The position numbers and the translations under genes are program-made. Source: the human T2T-CHM13v2.0 reference genome, Homo sapiens. Taken from it: a stretch of DNA of 64,000 nucleotides. The stretch is from the NCBI RefSeq assembly GCF_009914755.1, contig NC_060930.1; one strand, written 5' to 3'. Shown here piece by piece: positions 14,017 through 26,647 of this stretch (the first letter of the stretch is position 1; every line of letters starts with the position of its first letter). The notes under the pieces are model-generated. The model saw only the letters and a list, made by a program, of their open reading frames with translations, was not told the DNA's origin and searched no databases.

Positions 14017-14364
14017 TTATGATGTGGCAGGAAGCACAAGACTGCAAATTAGAAAACATGATTTTAAATACCACTCTGCAACCAAAGAAATAGCTTATGC
14101 TCTTTTTTTTCCCACCATCTCACCTTGATAGGCCTCAAGTTTCTTAGCTTTTAATGCAGTTAGTCTATATGATTTACAAGGTTTTCTCCAGATCTAAAAT
14201 CTATGATTCTGTCTTTCAGGTAAATTATGTTTATTCCACATCAAAGAATAAAATGTATAACTATTCAAGGTATATCTCTGTGTACAATTTATGCATGCAT
14301 TAGGATATGCCTATGAATCAATAGAATCTTCAAACTTGTATGTTCCTACTTTGTGTTTTTCTCA

Positions 14365-14590
14365 TTTTTAAAATTAAACTTATTTACATACAGTAAATGT
14401 ACCCTTTTTAGTGTACAGTTCTGTGAGTTTTGACAAATATATACAGTTGCATAATCGCCACCACAAAATCAAGATATATAACAATTTCGTTCTCTCAAAA
14501 GTTTTCCCCATGGTCCGTTATAGTCAATCCCATCTCTAATCCCTGGCAATTGCTGCTCTATTTTCTGTCACTTTAGTTTCATCTTTGCTT
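14365..14590 (-). mobile_element. L1M (MB/MC-type) 3' end fragment
   Basis: tttacatacagtaaatgtaccctttttagtgtacagttctgtgagttttgacaaat. Confidence 0.75.
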
Positions 14591-14699
14591 TTTTTTTTTT
14601 AATCTAGAGACTTTTTACTTTCTTACTTTTGTCTATAATTCTGAAAGTTAAATAATATGCACCGCCTACCTTCATGATTGCCGTATATAAGTTTTCTTA

Positions 14700-14825
14700 T
14701 TTAATTTTACCATCTTTATAATGCTGGCAAGTCTGCACCTATTTTATAAATGAGGAAACTGAGACTTATAACAGGAAGTAATTTTCTACAGTCAAACAAC
14801 TCATAAGCAATGGAGCCCAACTCCC
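14700..14825 (-). mobile_element. MIR fragment
   Basis: attttataaatgaggaaactgagact core. Confidence 0.6.
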
Positions 14826-15117
14826 CTGTGACCACAGCACCACAAAACTGGCTCTGGTTCAGCCTGCCTCCAAATTTCTTCTACATGAGAGCAATAGAAA
14901 CTTCTTTTTGTTTGAGCCTCTGTTACTTGGAGTTTTCTGCTTTATAAAGCCAAATATATCCTCAGTTCTTTTGAGTTCCCTTTTTGGAGTACCCACTTCT
15001 CAGGACACATACTACATATCTCATAGCAAGCTTATCAAAGTCAGGGAAGGATCATAGTTTAATTCACAGTGGTACATTTCTGGAGCCCTGATTGTGCCCA
15101 CAGGTCAAGGTGCATTC

Positions 15118-15242
15118 TCTTTATTTTACTTGATTTTAGATTCAGGGAGTACATGTGCAGGTTTGTTTTGTGAGTATATTGCATAATGCTGGGGTTTGGG
15201 CTTCTGTTAAACCCACCACCCAAATAGTGAGCATGGTACCCA
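15118..15242 (-). mobile_element. L1PA/PB 3' terminal fragment
   Basis: ttttagattcagggagtacatgtgcaggtttgtt...cacccaaatagtgagcatggtaccc. Confidence 0.8.
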
Positions 15243-15432
15243 CAAATTCATTTTTTTTTAATCTTTATGTCTCAGAACTTGATCTATATTTCAGTTAGTT
15301 TCAAACCCAGAGGAGGATAGGGATATTTATTGGTGTCCCTAAATTCCAACAGTTATTTCTATTTCAAATTTACCACGATTGCCCATTCTCCAATTCGTCT
15401 TGTGCTACTATAATTTTTAAAACCTGTTTAAA

Positions 15433-16155
15433 GGCCAGGCATGGTGGCTCATGCCTGTAATCCCAACACTAGAAGGCCAAGGCAGGATGATTGCTTGAGC
15501 CCAGGAGTTCCAGACCTAACTGGGCAAGATAGCAAGATAGACCCTCTCTCTACAAAAAAATTTAAAAATTAGCTGGGTGTGGTGGTGGTGGTGCCTGTAG
15601 TCCCAGCTACACCAGAGGATCACTTCAGCCCAGTAGTTTGAGATCACAGTGAGCTATGATCACACCACCATTACACTCCAGCCTAGTTAACAGAGAGAAA
15701 CTCTGTGTATTAGTCTATCTCATACTGCTATAAAGAAATACCTGAGACTAGGTAACTTATAGAAAAAGAGGTTTTAATTGGCTCACAGTTCTGTAGGTTC
15801 TATGAGAAGCCCAGCGGCTTCTGTTTCTGGGGAGGCCTCAGGAAGCTTCCAATTATGGCAGAAGGCAAAGGGGGAGTGAGATGTCTCCCATGGCAGGAGC
15901 AGGAGCAAGAGAGGGGGCGGGAGTGCTACACACTTTTCAACAATCAGATCTCATGAGAACTCACTATTGTGATGACAGCACCAAGGGGGGTGGTGGTAAA
16001 CCATGAAAAGCCACCCCCATGATCCAATCGCCTCCCACCATGTCCTGCCCCCAACACTGGGGATTACAATTCAGCATGAGACTTGAGTGGGAACGCAGAT
16101 CCAAACCATATCACTCTGTCTCTAATAAATAATAATTATGTAAATAAATAAATAT
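15433..16155 (+). mobile_element. AluJ, interrupted near its 3' end by an MST LTR
   Basis: ggccaggcatggtggctcatgcc start, gattgcttgagcccaggagttc (J-type); the 3' end ctctgtctc plus A-rich tail resumes at 16114. Confidence 0.9.
15706..16113 (-). mobile_element. MST (MSTA/B) MaLR solo LTR
   Basis: Termini tgtattagtc...ccaaaccatatca; 5-bp TSD ctctg at 15701-15705 and 16114-16118. Confidence 0.92.
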
Positions 16156-16677
16156 AAAAACTATTTAGTCTTGATTTTAGCATGCATGTTAAAAGTCCAT
16201 TTTATGTCATACTCAAATTCACCAAAGTATTTTTACTTTAGAAGCCAACCGTGGTCACACAAATAGGACAATCTATCTCACGCCCACAGATGCCAGATCC
16301 ACAGGCCAAGGTTCCCTTCCCTTTAGTCCCCTCAGACCACCATTTATAGCGTAACATACCTTAAGATTTGAAAATCTTAAGGCTATTGACATAAGAAAAA
16401 TGGTGTCTAGTATAGGAAAGAAGGCTACAATGGCCTATAAATTTTTTTTAAATATACTTACGTGGGAAGAACTAAAGTCTGCATTTTAAAATATTGTGCC
16501 TTTCACAGGTGCTTCCTTGTTAAACAATTTGATGAAAGTTAATATTTACTTCACATTGCAATCTGCACACATTTTTATATAAGATATAGGAAGCATACAA
16601 TTAAAACATGAAACTATTACATGAACAGTATGCAAGCAAGCTACTTGAATTAATTTTTTTTAAAAATAAAGGAAATG

Positions 16678-17107
16678 TCATCCATGTCCCTGCAAAGGAC
16701 ATGAACTCATCCTTTTTTATGGCTGCATAGTATTCCATGGTGTCTATGTGCCACATTTTCTTAATCCAGTCTATCACTAATGGACATTTGGGTTGGTTCA
16801 AAATCTTTGCTATTGTGAATAGTGCTGCAATAAACATACATGTGCATGTGTCTTTATAGTAGCATGATTTATAATCCTTTGGGTATATACCTAGTAACGG
16901 GATCGCTGGGTCAAATGGTATTTCCAGTTCTAGATCCTCGTGGGGTGGGGGCAGGGGGAGGGATAGCATTAGGAGAAATACCTAATGTAAATGATGAGTT
17001 AATGGGTGCAGCAACCAACGTGGCACATGTATACATATGCAACAAACCTGCACGTTGTGCATATGTACCCTAAAACTTAAAGTATAACAAAAAGAAGAAA
17101 AATAAAT
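16678..17107 (+). mobile_element. Short L1PA with 5' inversion-deletion (16678-16938 antisense, 16939-17107 sense)
   Basis: Antisense part encodes the ORF2p C-terminus (EIPFDPAIPLLGIYPKDYK...MEYYAAIKKDEFMSFAGTWM); sense 3' UTR plus A-tail; TSD aaataaaggaaat at 16664-16676 and 17108-17120. Confidence 0.93.
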
Positions 17108-18589
17108 AAATAAAGGAAATTGTTAATATTTTAGTATCGGAACTACTAGCTCAAGGAAAAATACTGTTATCTGGTATCATGAAGCAAATAACATTACTTA
17201 TCTTGGAGAAATAGGAAGTCATAGCATGTGTATTCGTCGGGAAGAAATTTTTCTCTATTGTCCATATAGGAAGAATTGTGCTCTTAGTGGCTAGTGGTTT
17301 TGATTTTAGTTTATGGACTTTCTGACTCTTGGATTCATTACGTTTCCCTCTTTTTTTTGACTGCTAAAGCTTAGGGATATATTTATATACTTCTTCTACC
17401 AAGGGGATATAAATTCATGAGCTAAATTTTATATTCTTTCATCATTCCAGTGGCCATCTTTTTTCCTTAATTTTACCTTCTTTTTGCTTCTTTTAAATTA
17501 TTTTAAATCGTTAGTACTCTTAAATGTAGATATTCCTTTACTATTTCTTAAATCATTTTGGAACAACACAAATTATAATTTAATTAGCTAGTAAATTATG
17601 CTAACATTGGAATTTTTAGCTATCCACTTAAGACATTGAAAGTAATATAGGTATTAGTATAGACTGTGAAAGATAATTATATTTTCCTCTTTCTGAAGTC
17701 AATAATCAAAAGATGTTAAAGTTAGTCAGCTTTATTATTTTAAAAGTGTTTATGGAGGTCGTGGCTGTCAGACATATAAATTCAATTTAACTCATAGAGA
17801 AATAAAAACATGTGAAAGTAAATAATCCTAATGGTTCAAAAAATCAGAAATTTGATATTAATGCACTACTGACTCCAAGCTCAGACTAACATATCCATTG
17901 TTCAACAATAGAATGAAAGTTAAAGTTAATCAGCTTTATTATTTTTAAAGTGTAGTTATATTTAAGTATAACCATACCAATGTATTTTGGTTGGTTCAAT
18001 TTCTTATTACAAATGAACTCAAATTAAGAGAAAAATACATCTGCAATAATATTTATGTGGATATATGAATCACTTATAATAACATTTTAAATAGAATAAA
18101 ATAACAAATCAAAAATGCTTAATACTGGGATAGTTTTCACTGACAGTACAGAATTAAAAAAGAGAAAACATCTCTTCTTTTTAGAACTTTTTGCCTTTGT
18201 TAGGTCCCTAAGCAATTTTACTCTAAAGTTATTTTACATAAAAATTTTCAATATCATTAGTTTAACTGAATTAGTTCTAGTTTATACCCTAGATCTATTA
18301 TTACATGTTAATTGTTTTAAGTGCCTCCTCTCATTACCAAAGGTGCCCTAGTTTGAATGATGAGTTAAATGGTTATCCTAAATATGATGGATTTCCATAG
18401 TTTTCAAGAATGGTAGCTAGCATAAGGACATTACTCCAAGAATGGGCAAATTAATGATACAATAGAAGAGGGGAGGTCACTCTCTGAATACTATGGCTAA
18501 ACATCTTCATAAATTGTCATATAAATGATATAGGCTTAGAGCCTACTCAGGAACTTCTAGTGAAAGTGCATGAAGATAATTCTAGTAGG

Positions 18590-18830
18590 TTAAAATGTAT
18601 TAACTCCCTATTTCTGTGTGTCCCAGGAACTATACTAAACACTTTATTTGAATTATCTCACTTATTATTCAAAGCAGCCTTGTAGGTATTATTACTACTG
18701 CCTTCAATTTACAGATGAGAAAATTGAAGCTTACAGATTATAAGCAATTTACTCAAAGTTACACAGTTAGAAAGCCATAGAAGCAGAATCCAAACTTAAA
18801 ATTCATACTTGGGCTGGAGCTTTCTATGAC
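18590..18830 (-). mobile_element. MIR
   Basis: tttacagatgagaaaattgaagcttacaga...aaagttacacagttag. Confidence 0.75.
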
Positions 18831-19049
18831 TTGCCATACAGATAGCCCATGAATCCATAAAATATCCTCTTGGGTGGTCTTATACCATCAGGAAATCCCT
18901 GCTTCACTTCTTCCCAATAACCCCACCGCAACACCCAACATTAATCTCAGAAATTCTTTCCTTAGAGAGCCATTCCCTCTGGCTTTGTTTAGCTAATGTG
19001 TAGTAGAAATTTTGTGGTTAACATTCCATTGCTTATTCTTCCCCTTACC

Positions 19050-19495
19050 TTTTAAATAGTTCCTTATTTAAACTTTCAGATTCATGTATTTATCATGAAG
19101 CTGACTCCACCTTCACATCTAAGAGGGAAGCATATGACCTGAGATCAGCTAATTCAGTGCATTCCTTTCCTTTGCCCATAAGGTTTGGACCATAGCTGGG
19201 CAAGTGATAAAACCTGAAAGCCTCAATATTTACAGTCAGAATATTGGCACATAGACTGTTTTACATGATAGACATAAACAAGAACATATAGAATCTTGGG
19301 AGCTACCAGCATCCATTCGGGGATCTTAAAGATTAAAAGTAACACCACTATTATAGAGCCAGGAGAAATTGGGTCCTAGGTGGCATTTGATAACCCACTG
19401 GATCAACCTTCACTTGTCTTTGGCTTTTTATTTATGTGAGTGTATTGCTTAAGCCAGTTTAAGATAGGTTTTGTATTACTGGCAACTGAAATCAG
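19050..19495 (+). mobile_element. Ancient MaLR/ERVL LTR (MLT1K/L-like)
   Basis: 3' motif ttgcttaagccagtttaagataggttttgtattactggcaactgaa. Confidence 0.5.
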
Positions 19496-19573
19496 CTGAA
19501 TTAATCCATAAGGGATAACAATGGGAAATTGGCCCTGTGATATGGACAGGTCTCTTAGAAGGAGTGACATGTG

Positions 19574-19830
19574 GGCCGGGTGCGGTGGCTCACTCCTGTA
19601 ATCCCAGCACTTTGGAAGGCGGAGATGGGCGGATCATGAGGTCAGGAGGTCGAGACCATCCTGGCTAACACGGTGAAACTCCATCTCTACAAAAAAAACA
19701 AAAAAATTTAGCCGGGCATGGTGGCAGGCGCCTGTAGTCCCAGCTACTCGGGAGGCTGAAACAGGAGAATGCTGTGAACCCGGGAGGCGGGGCTTGCAGT
19801 GAGCAAGACTCCGTCTCAAAAAAAAAAAAA
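19574..19830 (+). mobile_element. AluY with ~39 bp right-arm deletion
   Basis: gagaccatcctggctaacacggtgaaa; gtgagc joined directly to aagactccgtctc; TSD aaggagtga(ca)tgtg. Confidence 0.93.
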
Positions 19831-19999
19831 AGGAGTGATGTGGAAAGGTGTATAGCACATTCCAATTTTGCCAAGGGCTGGAAAAATTGCAATATTTTGT
19901 AGATCACTGACTCTTTCAGTGTAGTCCATTGCCTATAAAATTATTTTTAAAGCTAAGTTTTTATATTTCATTTTAGCTTGCAAAGGCCATTTCCATCTT

Positions 20000-20170
20000 A
20001 CATCATTCTAGCCTCATAACAATTCTGTAAGATTGGTATTATTATTATTACTGCTTTATAGATTTTTTTAAAAAGCTCGGGTGATTTTCCAAAGATTATA
20101 AATCTATAAAATGACTAAGAACAAGGATTTGAAATGAAGTCTTTTTTATTTCTGCTACTCCAAGCAGAAC
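20000..20170 (-). mobile_element. MIR fragment
   Basis: cctcataacaattctgtaagattggtattattatt motif. Confidence 0.55.
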
Positions 20171-20524
20171 TGGATTTCACCTACAAATAAAATTGAATGA
20201 TGGGCCTTAGTTCTCTAAGGTAGCTGGAAACCATGGCAAATGCCATCAGTGTATTCATACTTTGCCTGGGAATATGATACAAAAATGATGCTTTTAAGAG
20301 AAATACGTGCTTAACTATTTGCATCCTACCTTTAACCCCTAGTGATACCCCTAAATTATTTTCTTGAATCACCTAAGTTAACTATATCTGGTTTTCTTCA
20401 CAGTAATACTGTTTATCAGGGGATTCTCCATGCCTAGGAAAAGCTCTTTGATCATCCGTGCTATTTTCCAGTCCCTACCATTAAATGGAAACAGCTTAAA
20501 CTTCCAAATAGTAATAATACTAAT

Positions 20525-20735
20525 AGCAATTTAAAAATAATAGCACTTAAATGCTCATCAACAATGCAGTGATTAGGTATCATTACTATGATTGTTATAT
20601 AGATGAGGAGACCAAGGCTTAGAGACATTAAATGACTTTCCCAAGGCCACACATTTACTAAGTGACAGAACAAGGATGTTATCCCAGATACGTCAGATTC
20701 CAAAGATCCTGCCTTTGCTAGATATGCTACAACAC
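20525..20735 (-). mobile_element. MIR
   Basis: agatgaggagaccaaggcttagaga...tgactttcccaaggccacaca. Confidence 0.75.
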
Positions 20736-22569
20736 TCCTGCCTTTGTGATTTTTGCCCAACCGACATTTTGTTAGAACTTCATCCTACAAGTGTTGGCAT
20801 GCTGTTCTCCCACTGCCCAGCTCCAACACCCTCATTATGAGATCGACTCTAGTTTCTGACGTTACTCTTTTCTGCCAAACAAAAATTAACATTTTTTCTC
20901 ATGACCTACACTGAAATTTGTAACATCAGATGATAATAGTCAGATAAATTAATCATTGCTAATGGGTTGATATTTAAGGTGTAACATCTTCTTCTCAGAG
21001 AACCATAATATTTTTACAAATGTAAAGAGATATTACAACACACTGACACATTAATCATATGATGATTATTATAGGGCACTATTAAATACTACAAACTAAA
21101 CATATGTTAGTGGGGCTGAAGGCATGGGAGTCAGAAAATGGGCAGCATTTTGGGTCAACTACATTCTAACATTTATAAAAACTACTGCATGAGCCTCTCA
21201 GTCTACCTCTGTGTACGCTGAATCTAGCTAGTGCCTATCCATCACTAATTATATGTATGAGAATTTCTCAAGTAGAACAATAGGGTTAAAAATCCTTCTA
21301 CATATTCACCCCAAAAGTATAAAGAATACAAATAGGTTTGCGTTGGTCTAACTAAAGAGCTCAATGGTCTGTTGTCAGCTCATTAAACCACATATCTGAA
21401 GAAGATGAACAACTATGGGATGTTTTACAGGTTTGCTGACTTTGTGAGAAAGTAAGCAGAGGCAAATGAAGAAAGTATATAAGAATAAACACTTGGAATT
21501 AATGGTCCATAAAACCTCAAGTTCTCTGCTGTAGAATAATATTGAAAATCACTTTCCTGATTTCACCTGGTTTGCAAAAATTGTATTCAGACCATCATAT
21601 TTTTAGTGTTCTGTCCTCGTATCTCAAAAACATTTTGATCCCTCAGAGGCAATCTCTAAACTTCTGTCATTGCTTTTCAAATCACTAAACCAAGAGAATA
21701 TACCTCGTAACTATAGGAAAACAGATCCCCAGGCAAATGAAAGGAAAGCAAAAATTATTTCATTTATTTTAATATCATCCCTCAGTCATTCTTGGCCTGT
21801 AGCCTAATTTTCACTGGCTTTTTAATGAGATTTGTATCTCTGCCCATTTGTGCGAGAACTTATTTTCAAGAGAATGCTATTACCCATACCCACTTTTCTG
21901 CAAGTCATTTCTACAGAAACAGGTAAAGCATCAACAGAAAGGGAAGTTGTCAGATCCCTTCAGTAGAGTAGTCAGGTTCCATCAATCAAAAGGTTGATGT
22001 CCAAATCAAATTTGTAGCAAAAGAGTAACAGAAAGTCTAATTTTACACATTGCAACAGGCGTGCTGTTCAGAAACTCTTCACATTGTTCTGGGTAGTTTG
22101 GTAGTTTTCTAGGTTAAAAAATATCTTTCAAAAAACCACAGTGAAGTGCCTGCCTTCTCACACAGTCTACTGGATTGGGATTTAAGATCCAGCTGAGGAC
22201 TTACCTATCTTATAAGGCTTATTTAATTCTTATGGTACCAAGCTGGTCCAGAGGCTAGCATCTCTTTCCAAAAGTTGAGAAAATGTAGTTTTTAGCAGGC
22301 ATCAAATCGTCATATTGGCCACTCTATCTCGTTCAAAATCATGTCCTTCTGTTAATTCAATAATGTCTATAAGGTTGATTAGGCTCATTTGGAGTCACCT
22401 TAAATAAGTATAGTTGTGAGAAAAGCTGTTGAATTACTTGCCTACTTGCCCTAAGGGGCTCAGAGACCTGCTCCCTAAGAAACATCTTTGTCTTTGATAT
22501 CCAGCAATGCCCTTGATTTTTAAGCTCTTTCCCAGACCATGGCCAAAGAGGCTGATTTTGAGTATAATA

Positions 22570-23290
22570 GATGTCAAAACTACCACCAAGTTGTGTCAAT
22601 TCTGCCTCCTGTTTCTCTTATCCCTCTATTTCTCTCCATCAGCACTGACACAATCCTACTCCAAGCCAGCAGGTTCTCTCACCCATATCCCTGGAATGTC
22701 ATCCTAACTGATTCTCTCTCTTCTAATTTTATCCACTTTTCCCTCTGCAATTGAAGGTTTTAAAAACCTAGTAAAGATGTCACGTCTTCTACCCATAATA
22801 CATTTCCTTAACTTCCTATTTTCCTTAGGATAAGGTTAAAAAAAAAAAAAACTTTAACATGGACTATTAAACATAAGAGGATCAGTTTCTAATCTGTCTA
22901 CTCTCCACACTCACCATGTACTCTGTTGCCTATAGAATGTTGAAATACTAATCTCAACCTATTTTCAGTTATCCCACCTACCCCACCTTCCATTGGACAC
23001 TTTATTGACTCACTCATCCTCCAGTCTCAGTTTTAACTCTACTTCCACAGGGAGTTTTTCCATGACCACTGGTCCATGTCATAGCCTTGTGATTCATTCT
23101 CACTGCAACCTGCACTTCACCGTTCATGATACTCTTAAGAACTGAAATGATTAATTTTCTATGTTTCCTGCTACACCACAAGTTCTGTGACATCAGAGAC
23201 TGTGTCTGTACTATGTTTGGCAGCATGTATATCCAGTGCTTAGCACATAAAGGAATCCCAATAAATATTTGTTGAGTGGATTAATGAAGA
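22570..23290 (+). mobile_element. L2 LINE 3' portion
   Basis: C/T-rich L2 body ending ccagtgcttagcacataaagg...aataaatatttgttgagtggattaatgaa. Confidence 0.75.
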
Positions 23291-23717
23291 TGATAGGACT
23301 CTTTGATTTCTGCTTTGATAGCAGAAGTTTCCAAGAAAAATTTGCCAAATTCTAAAATGAGTGTCCACCCATTTGTCACTATCTTCAGAAATAGACTCTA
23401 ATTTCTATTGAATTTGCAGATGTCAATGTCCATTTTAAGTACAAGTGGAATGCACAATTGAACATTTTGAACACAATTATGTGCTCTTCTTAGAAAAAGA
23501 AATGCATCTAAATACATGTGAATATTTATCTATATACTAATATACCTTCACTCATACGATGGGTGCTCCATGCTTATTGCTTAGGGAAAATAGAGGGAAA
23601 AAGTAAATCTGTGTGTCTATGTGTGAATGTACATGTATATAATTATTATAAAATAGCTACATGTTAAAGATATATGTGTTACTGTTTCTGACTGATCTTA
23701 TTTCTTTGGAGTAATTC

Positions 23718-23785
23718 TCAACCTACTTTTATAAAGTAGTAGATTCAACCTACTTTTATAAAGTAGTAGATTCAACCTACTTTAT
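23718..23785. repeat. 27-bp tandem repeat x2.5 with internal palindrome
   Basis: tcaacctacttttataaagtagtagat at 23718, 23745 and partial at 23772. Confidence 0.9.
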
Positions 23786-23929
23786 TTATTAGTTCAAGAG
23801 CAGAAATGAGCCTAATCCTTCAGAATGAAGCCATCACATGATTGGACTACAAGTCTCTAGGGATGTGGAGACAGGAATAAAGGTAAGAGCTGACAGACTG
23901 CAATGTAACAGAGATGAAAAAGCAGGCAG

Positions 23930-24140
23930 GCATTATGGAGTCATACAATCCTGAGTCCTAATTCTGTCTTTGCTATTAACTGTGTGATCTTAAATAGGCT
24001 ACCTAAAGTATTTGAGCCTCAGTTTTCTTACTTGTAAAATAGAGGTAAGCTAATCCTACCAATGTTTCAGGGTTATTGAAGAATTAACTAATAGAACATA
24101 TTGAATGTGCTTGTGTATTGCCTAGCATATAAAGGTCCTA
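23930..24140 (+). mobile_element. MIR
   Basis: ctgtgtgatctt...gagcctcagttttcttacttgtaaaatagag. Confidence 0.75.
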
Positions 24141-24420
24141 TTTTAAAAATATAGAAAACGTAAATGAGATATAAAATGAAGCACGTTATGGATTAACCTA
24201 TTGCTTTTCCCCTCAACCTATTAAAAATATCTCTAAGGTAGACCACTTTTTTTTCTTGCTTTCTTATATTACCACATATAAAATATTTATGTTTTCATCA
24301 TTGGCAGTTTCTCCTGCCAATCCCATCGCTTTATACACACACCATTTATTTTCCTTTTTTTATTTTTTTTACTTATTATCATTTAACATATATATGTGTG
24401 TGTTTTCTTTTTCTTGCTTA

Positions 24421-24721
24421 TTTTTTAAGAGACAGGGTCTCCTTCTGTCGTTCAGTCTGGAGTGCAGTGGTGGCACAATCATAGCTCGCTGTAACCTCAT
24501 ACTCCTGGGCTCAGGCAATGCTCCTACATCAGCCTCCCCAGTAGTGAGAACTACAGGCATGTACTACCATCCCTGGATAATTAAAAAAAATGTTTTTGTT
24601 ATATGATGTCTTATTATATCTTGACCAGCAAGGCTGAAATTGAACTTCTAGCCTCAAGTGTTCCTTCTGCCTTAGCATCATAAAGCTCTGGGATTACAGA
24701 CATGAACCACCATGCCCAGCC
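24421..24721 (-). mobile_element. AluJ inserted in an L2 fragment
   Basis: gagacagggtctc...atcatagctcgctgtaacctc...actcctgggctca...accatgcccagcc; L2 3' end resumes ~24730-24860. Confidence 0.9.
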
Positions 24722-25040
24722 TTATTTTCTTATTGTTGTATCCTCCCTCTCCAATATCAACTCCATGAAAGCAGAAATCTTTGTTTGAATTTGACCACTG
24801 TGATACCCCCAGTGTCCACAACAGTGCCAGGCTCGTAGTAGGCTCATCATTCTTTTTTGTAGCTAAAGTAGATAATTTTTTAAATAAATCACAGATAGAC
24901 TTTACAAATGGATAGATTTTGAATATTTTAACATTTCAGCTGGACAAAATATTTTTTCTATTCAAATACTACTGTGCATGAAAATATATCATTAAATCAG
25001 GTTCCTACTAAGGGTTTCTCTCTTAAAATACAGACTGTTA

Positions 25041-25340
25041 GGTCAGGTGCAGCAGCTCATGCCTGTAATCCCAGCTCTTGGAAAGCCCAAGGCAGGTGGA
25101 TCACTTGAGGCCAGGAATTTAAGACCAGCCTGAGCAACATGGCGAGATTCCATCTCTTCAAAAAATACAAAAATTAGCCAGGCGTGGTGGCACATACCTA
25201 TAGTCCCAGATAATCAGGTGGCTTAGATGGGAGGATCACTCGAGCCCAGGAGGTCGATGCTGCAGTGAGCCATGTTCCTGCCACTGCACTCCAGCCAGGG
25301 CAATAGAGCAAGGTCCTGTCTCAAAAAAAAAAAAAAAAAA
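25041..25340 (+). mobile_element. AluJ, full length
   Basis: gggaggatcactcgagcccaggaggtcgatgctgcagtgagc; poly-A; TSD aaaatacagact on both sides. Confidence 0.92.
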
Positions 25341-26349
25341 TACAGACTCTTTAGGGAAAGTTATGGAGTTAACTAACTTATAACAAGGTGTTAAAGACTA
25401 GATCTTTTCCATTTGGCAAGAGAATCTAAGTAATAATAGAAAGTGCTTTGAGTGAAGGAAAAACTGTAACAAAGATGGTAAAGAGAAAGATGGAAAAAAA
25501 TGTCACCTACTTCAAATTTTGCCTGGCACCCTCTCTGTATAAAATTCCAGACGAGCAGTTAGGAAAAGACACTAAAAATCTGGACCATCACTTGTCTTCT
25601 CAATAGCAGACTTTATTGTGACTTCACGATTAATTTAAATAATGTGAGACTACTTAAAGCCATTTCTAAAAGAAGTATAGGTATAGAGAAGTGAACAATT
25701 ATTCTGGTTTATGTTCAGTTAGAGAGGGTTATCCAAATGACTATAGGGGATGGACTTTTCACCTGCATATTTGGGCATAACTCACCCCTTTTTTCAGCTA
25801 CCACGAACATAACTTTACAAGGCTTCACAGGAATTTATGGGTTTTTCCATACTCAATGATTTTTAATAATATTTTTAGTATTTTTGAGAATCAGGAACTG
25901 AATGCCTAAAAGATTAACTTTCATCAAACAATATTCAAGACAGGCTCTTTGATTTGATTTTTCCCTGTACCTTGACTGTTTACAAAAACATCAAAACATC
26001 TGTTTTGTTTACAAAAACAAATTTAGCAGAAAATGTGCACTCTGAGGAAAATGACATAAGATTGCTTCCAGCACCAACTTCAGCTGAATGCTTCTTAATG
26101 TAATAATTTTTTATCTACCTGAAGGATTTGGGCAATATACTAATATTCAGAATTTACTTGGATCTGGGAATATCATGATCACCAAATGACTTTATCCAAA
26201 TACAATGGCGATTAATCTTAATTATTATAGAGCAATCTTAATGATGTTACTAAAATAACTATCAAGAACCCATACTCACAGACTTTTTGCTATTATAACT
26301 AATTTTTTAATTACATATTTTACATATATATGTAGAAAAGTGTACACTT

Positions 26350-26545
26350 TGGAATATAGAAAACTTATCTTAAGCCCTGTATACAGCCTACTGGTATTGT
26401 CAAGTTAATCGACCTCTTTAAGTTTCAGTTTCCTTGTAAAACTAGTCTACTAACAACTATTTTATAAAGCTATTACGTCAGCAAGACAGAGTTTAAAAAA
26501 ATACCGGGAAGGTCTAGCACATAATAGTGCTCAATAAATAACAGT
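26350..26545 (+). mobile_element. MIR
   Basis: caagttaatcgacctctttaagtttcagtttccttgtaaa...tagcacataatagtgctcaataaat. Confidence 0.65.
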
Positions 26546-26647
26546 GAAGAAAAAAATAGCTGTTAGGCCTAGGTCAAAGATTATATCCTTTGGACGAACC
26601 TTTTCTATCTCTTTGAAGATTACTGTAAACAGACCATAAAATAGTAC

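Noticed and set aside
16601-16969. 122-aa ORF with real protein similarity
   Set aside because: L1 ORF2p C-terminal fragment from the inverted L1PA, not a gene
22241-22262. agctggtccagaggctagc resembling a Y RNA 5' end
   Set aside because: Match too short; no complementary 3' stem or tail
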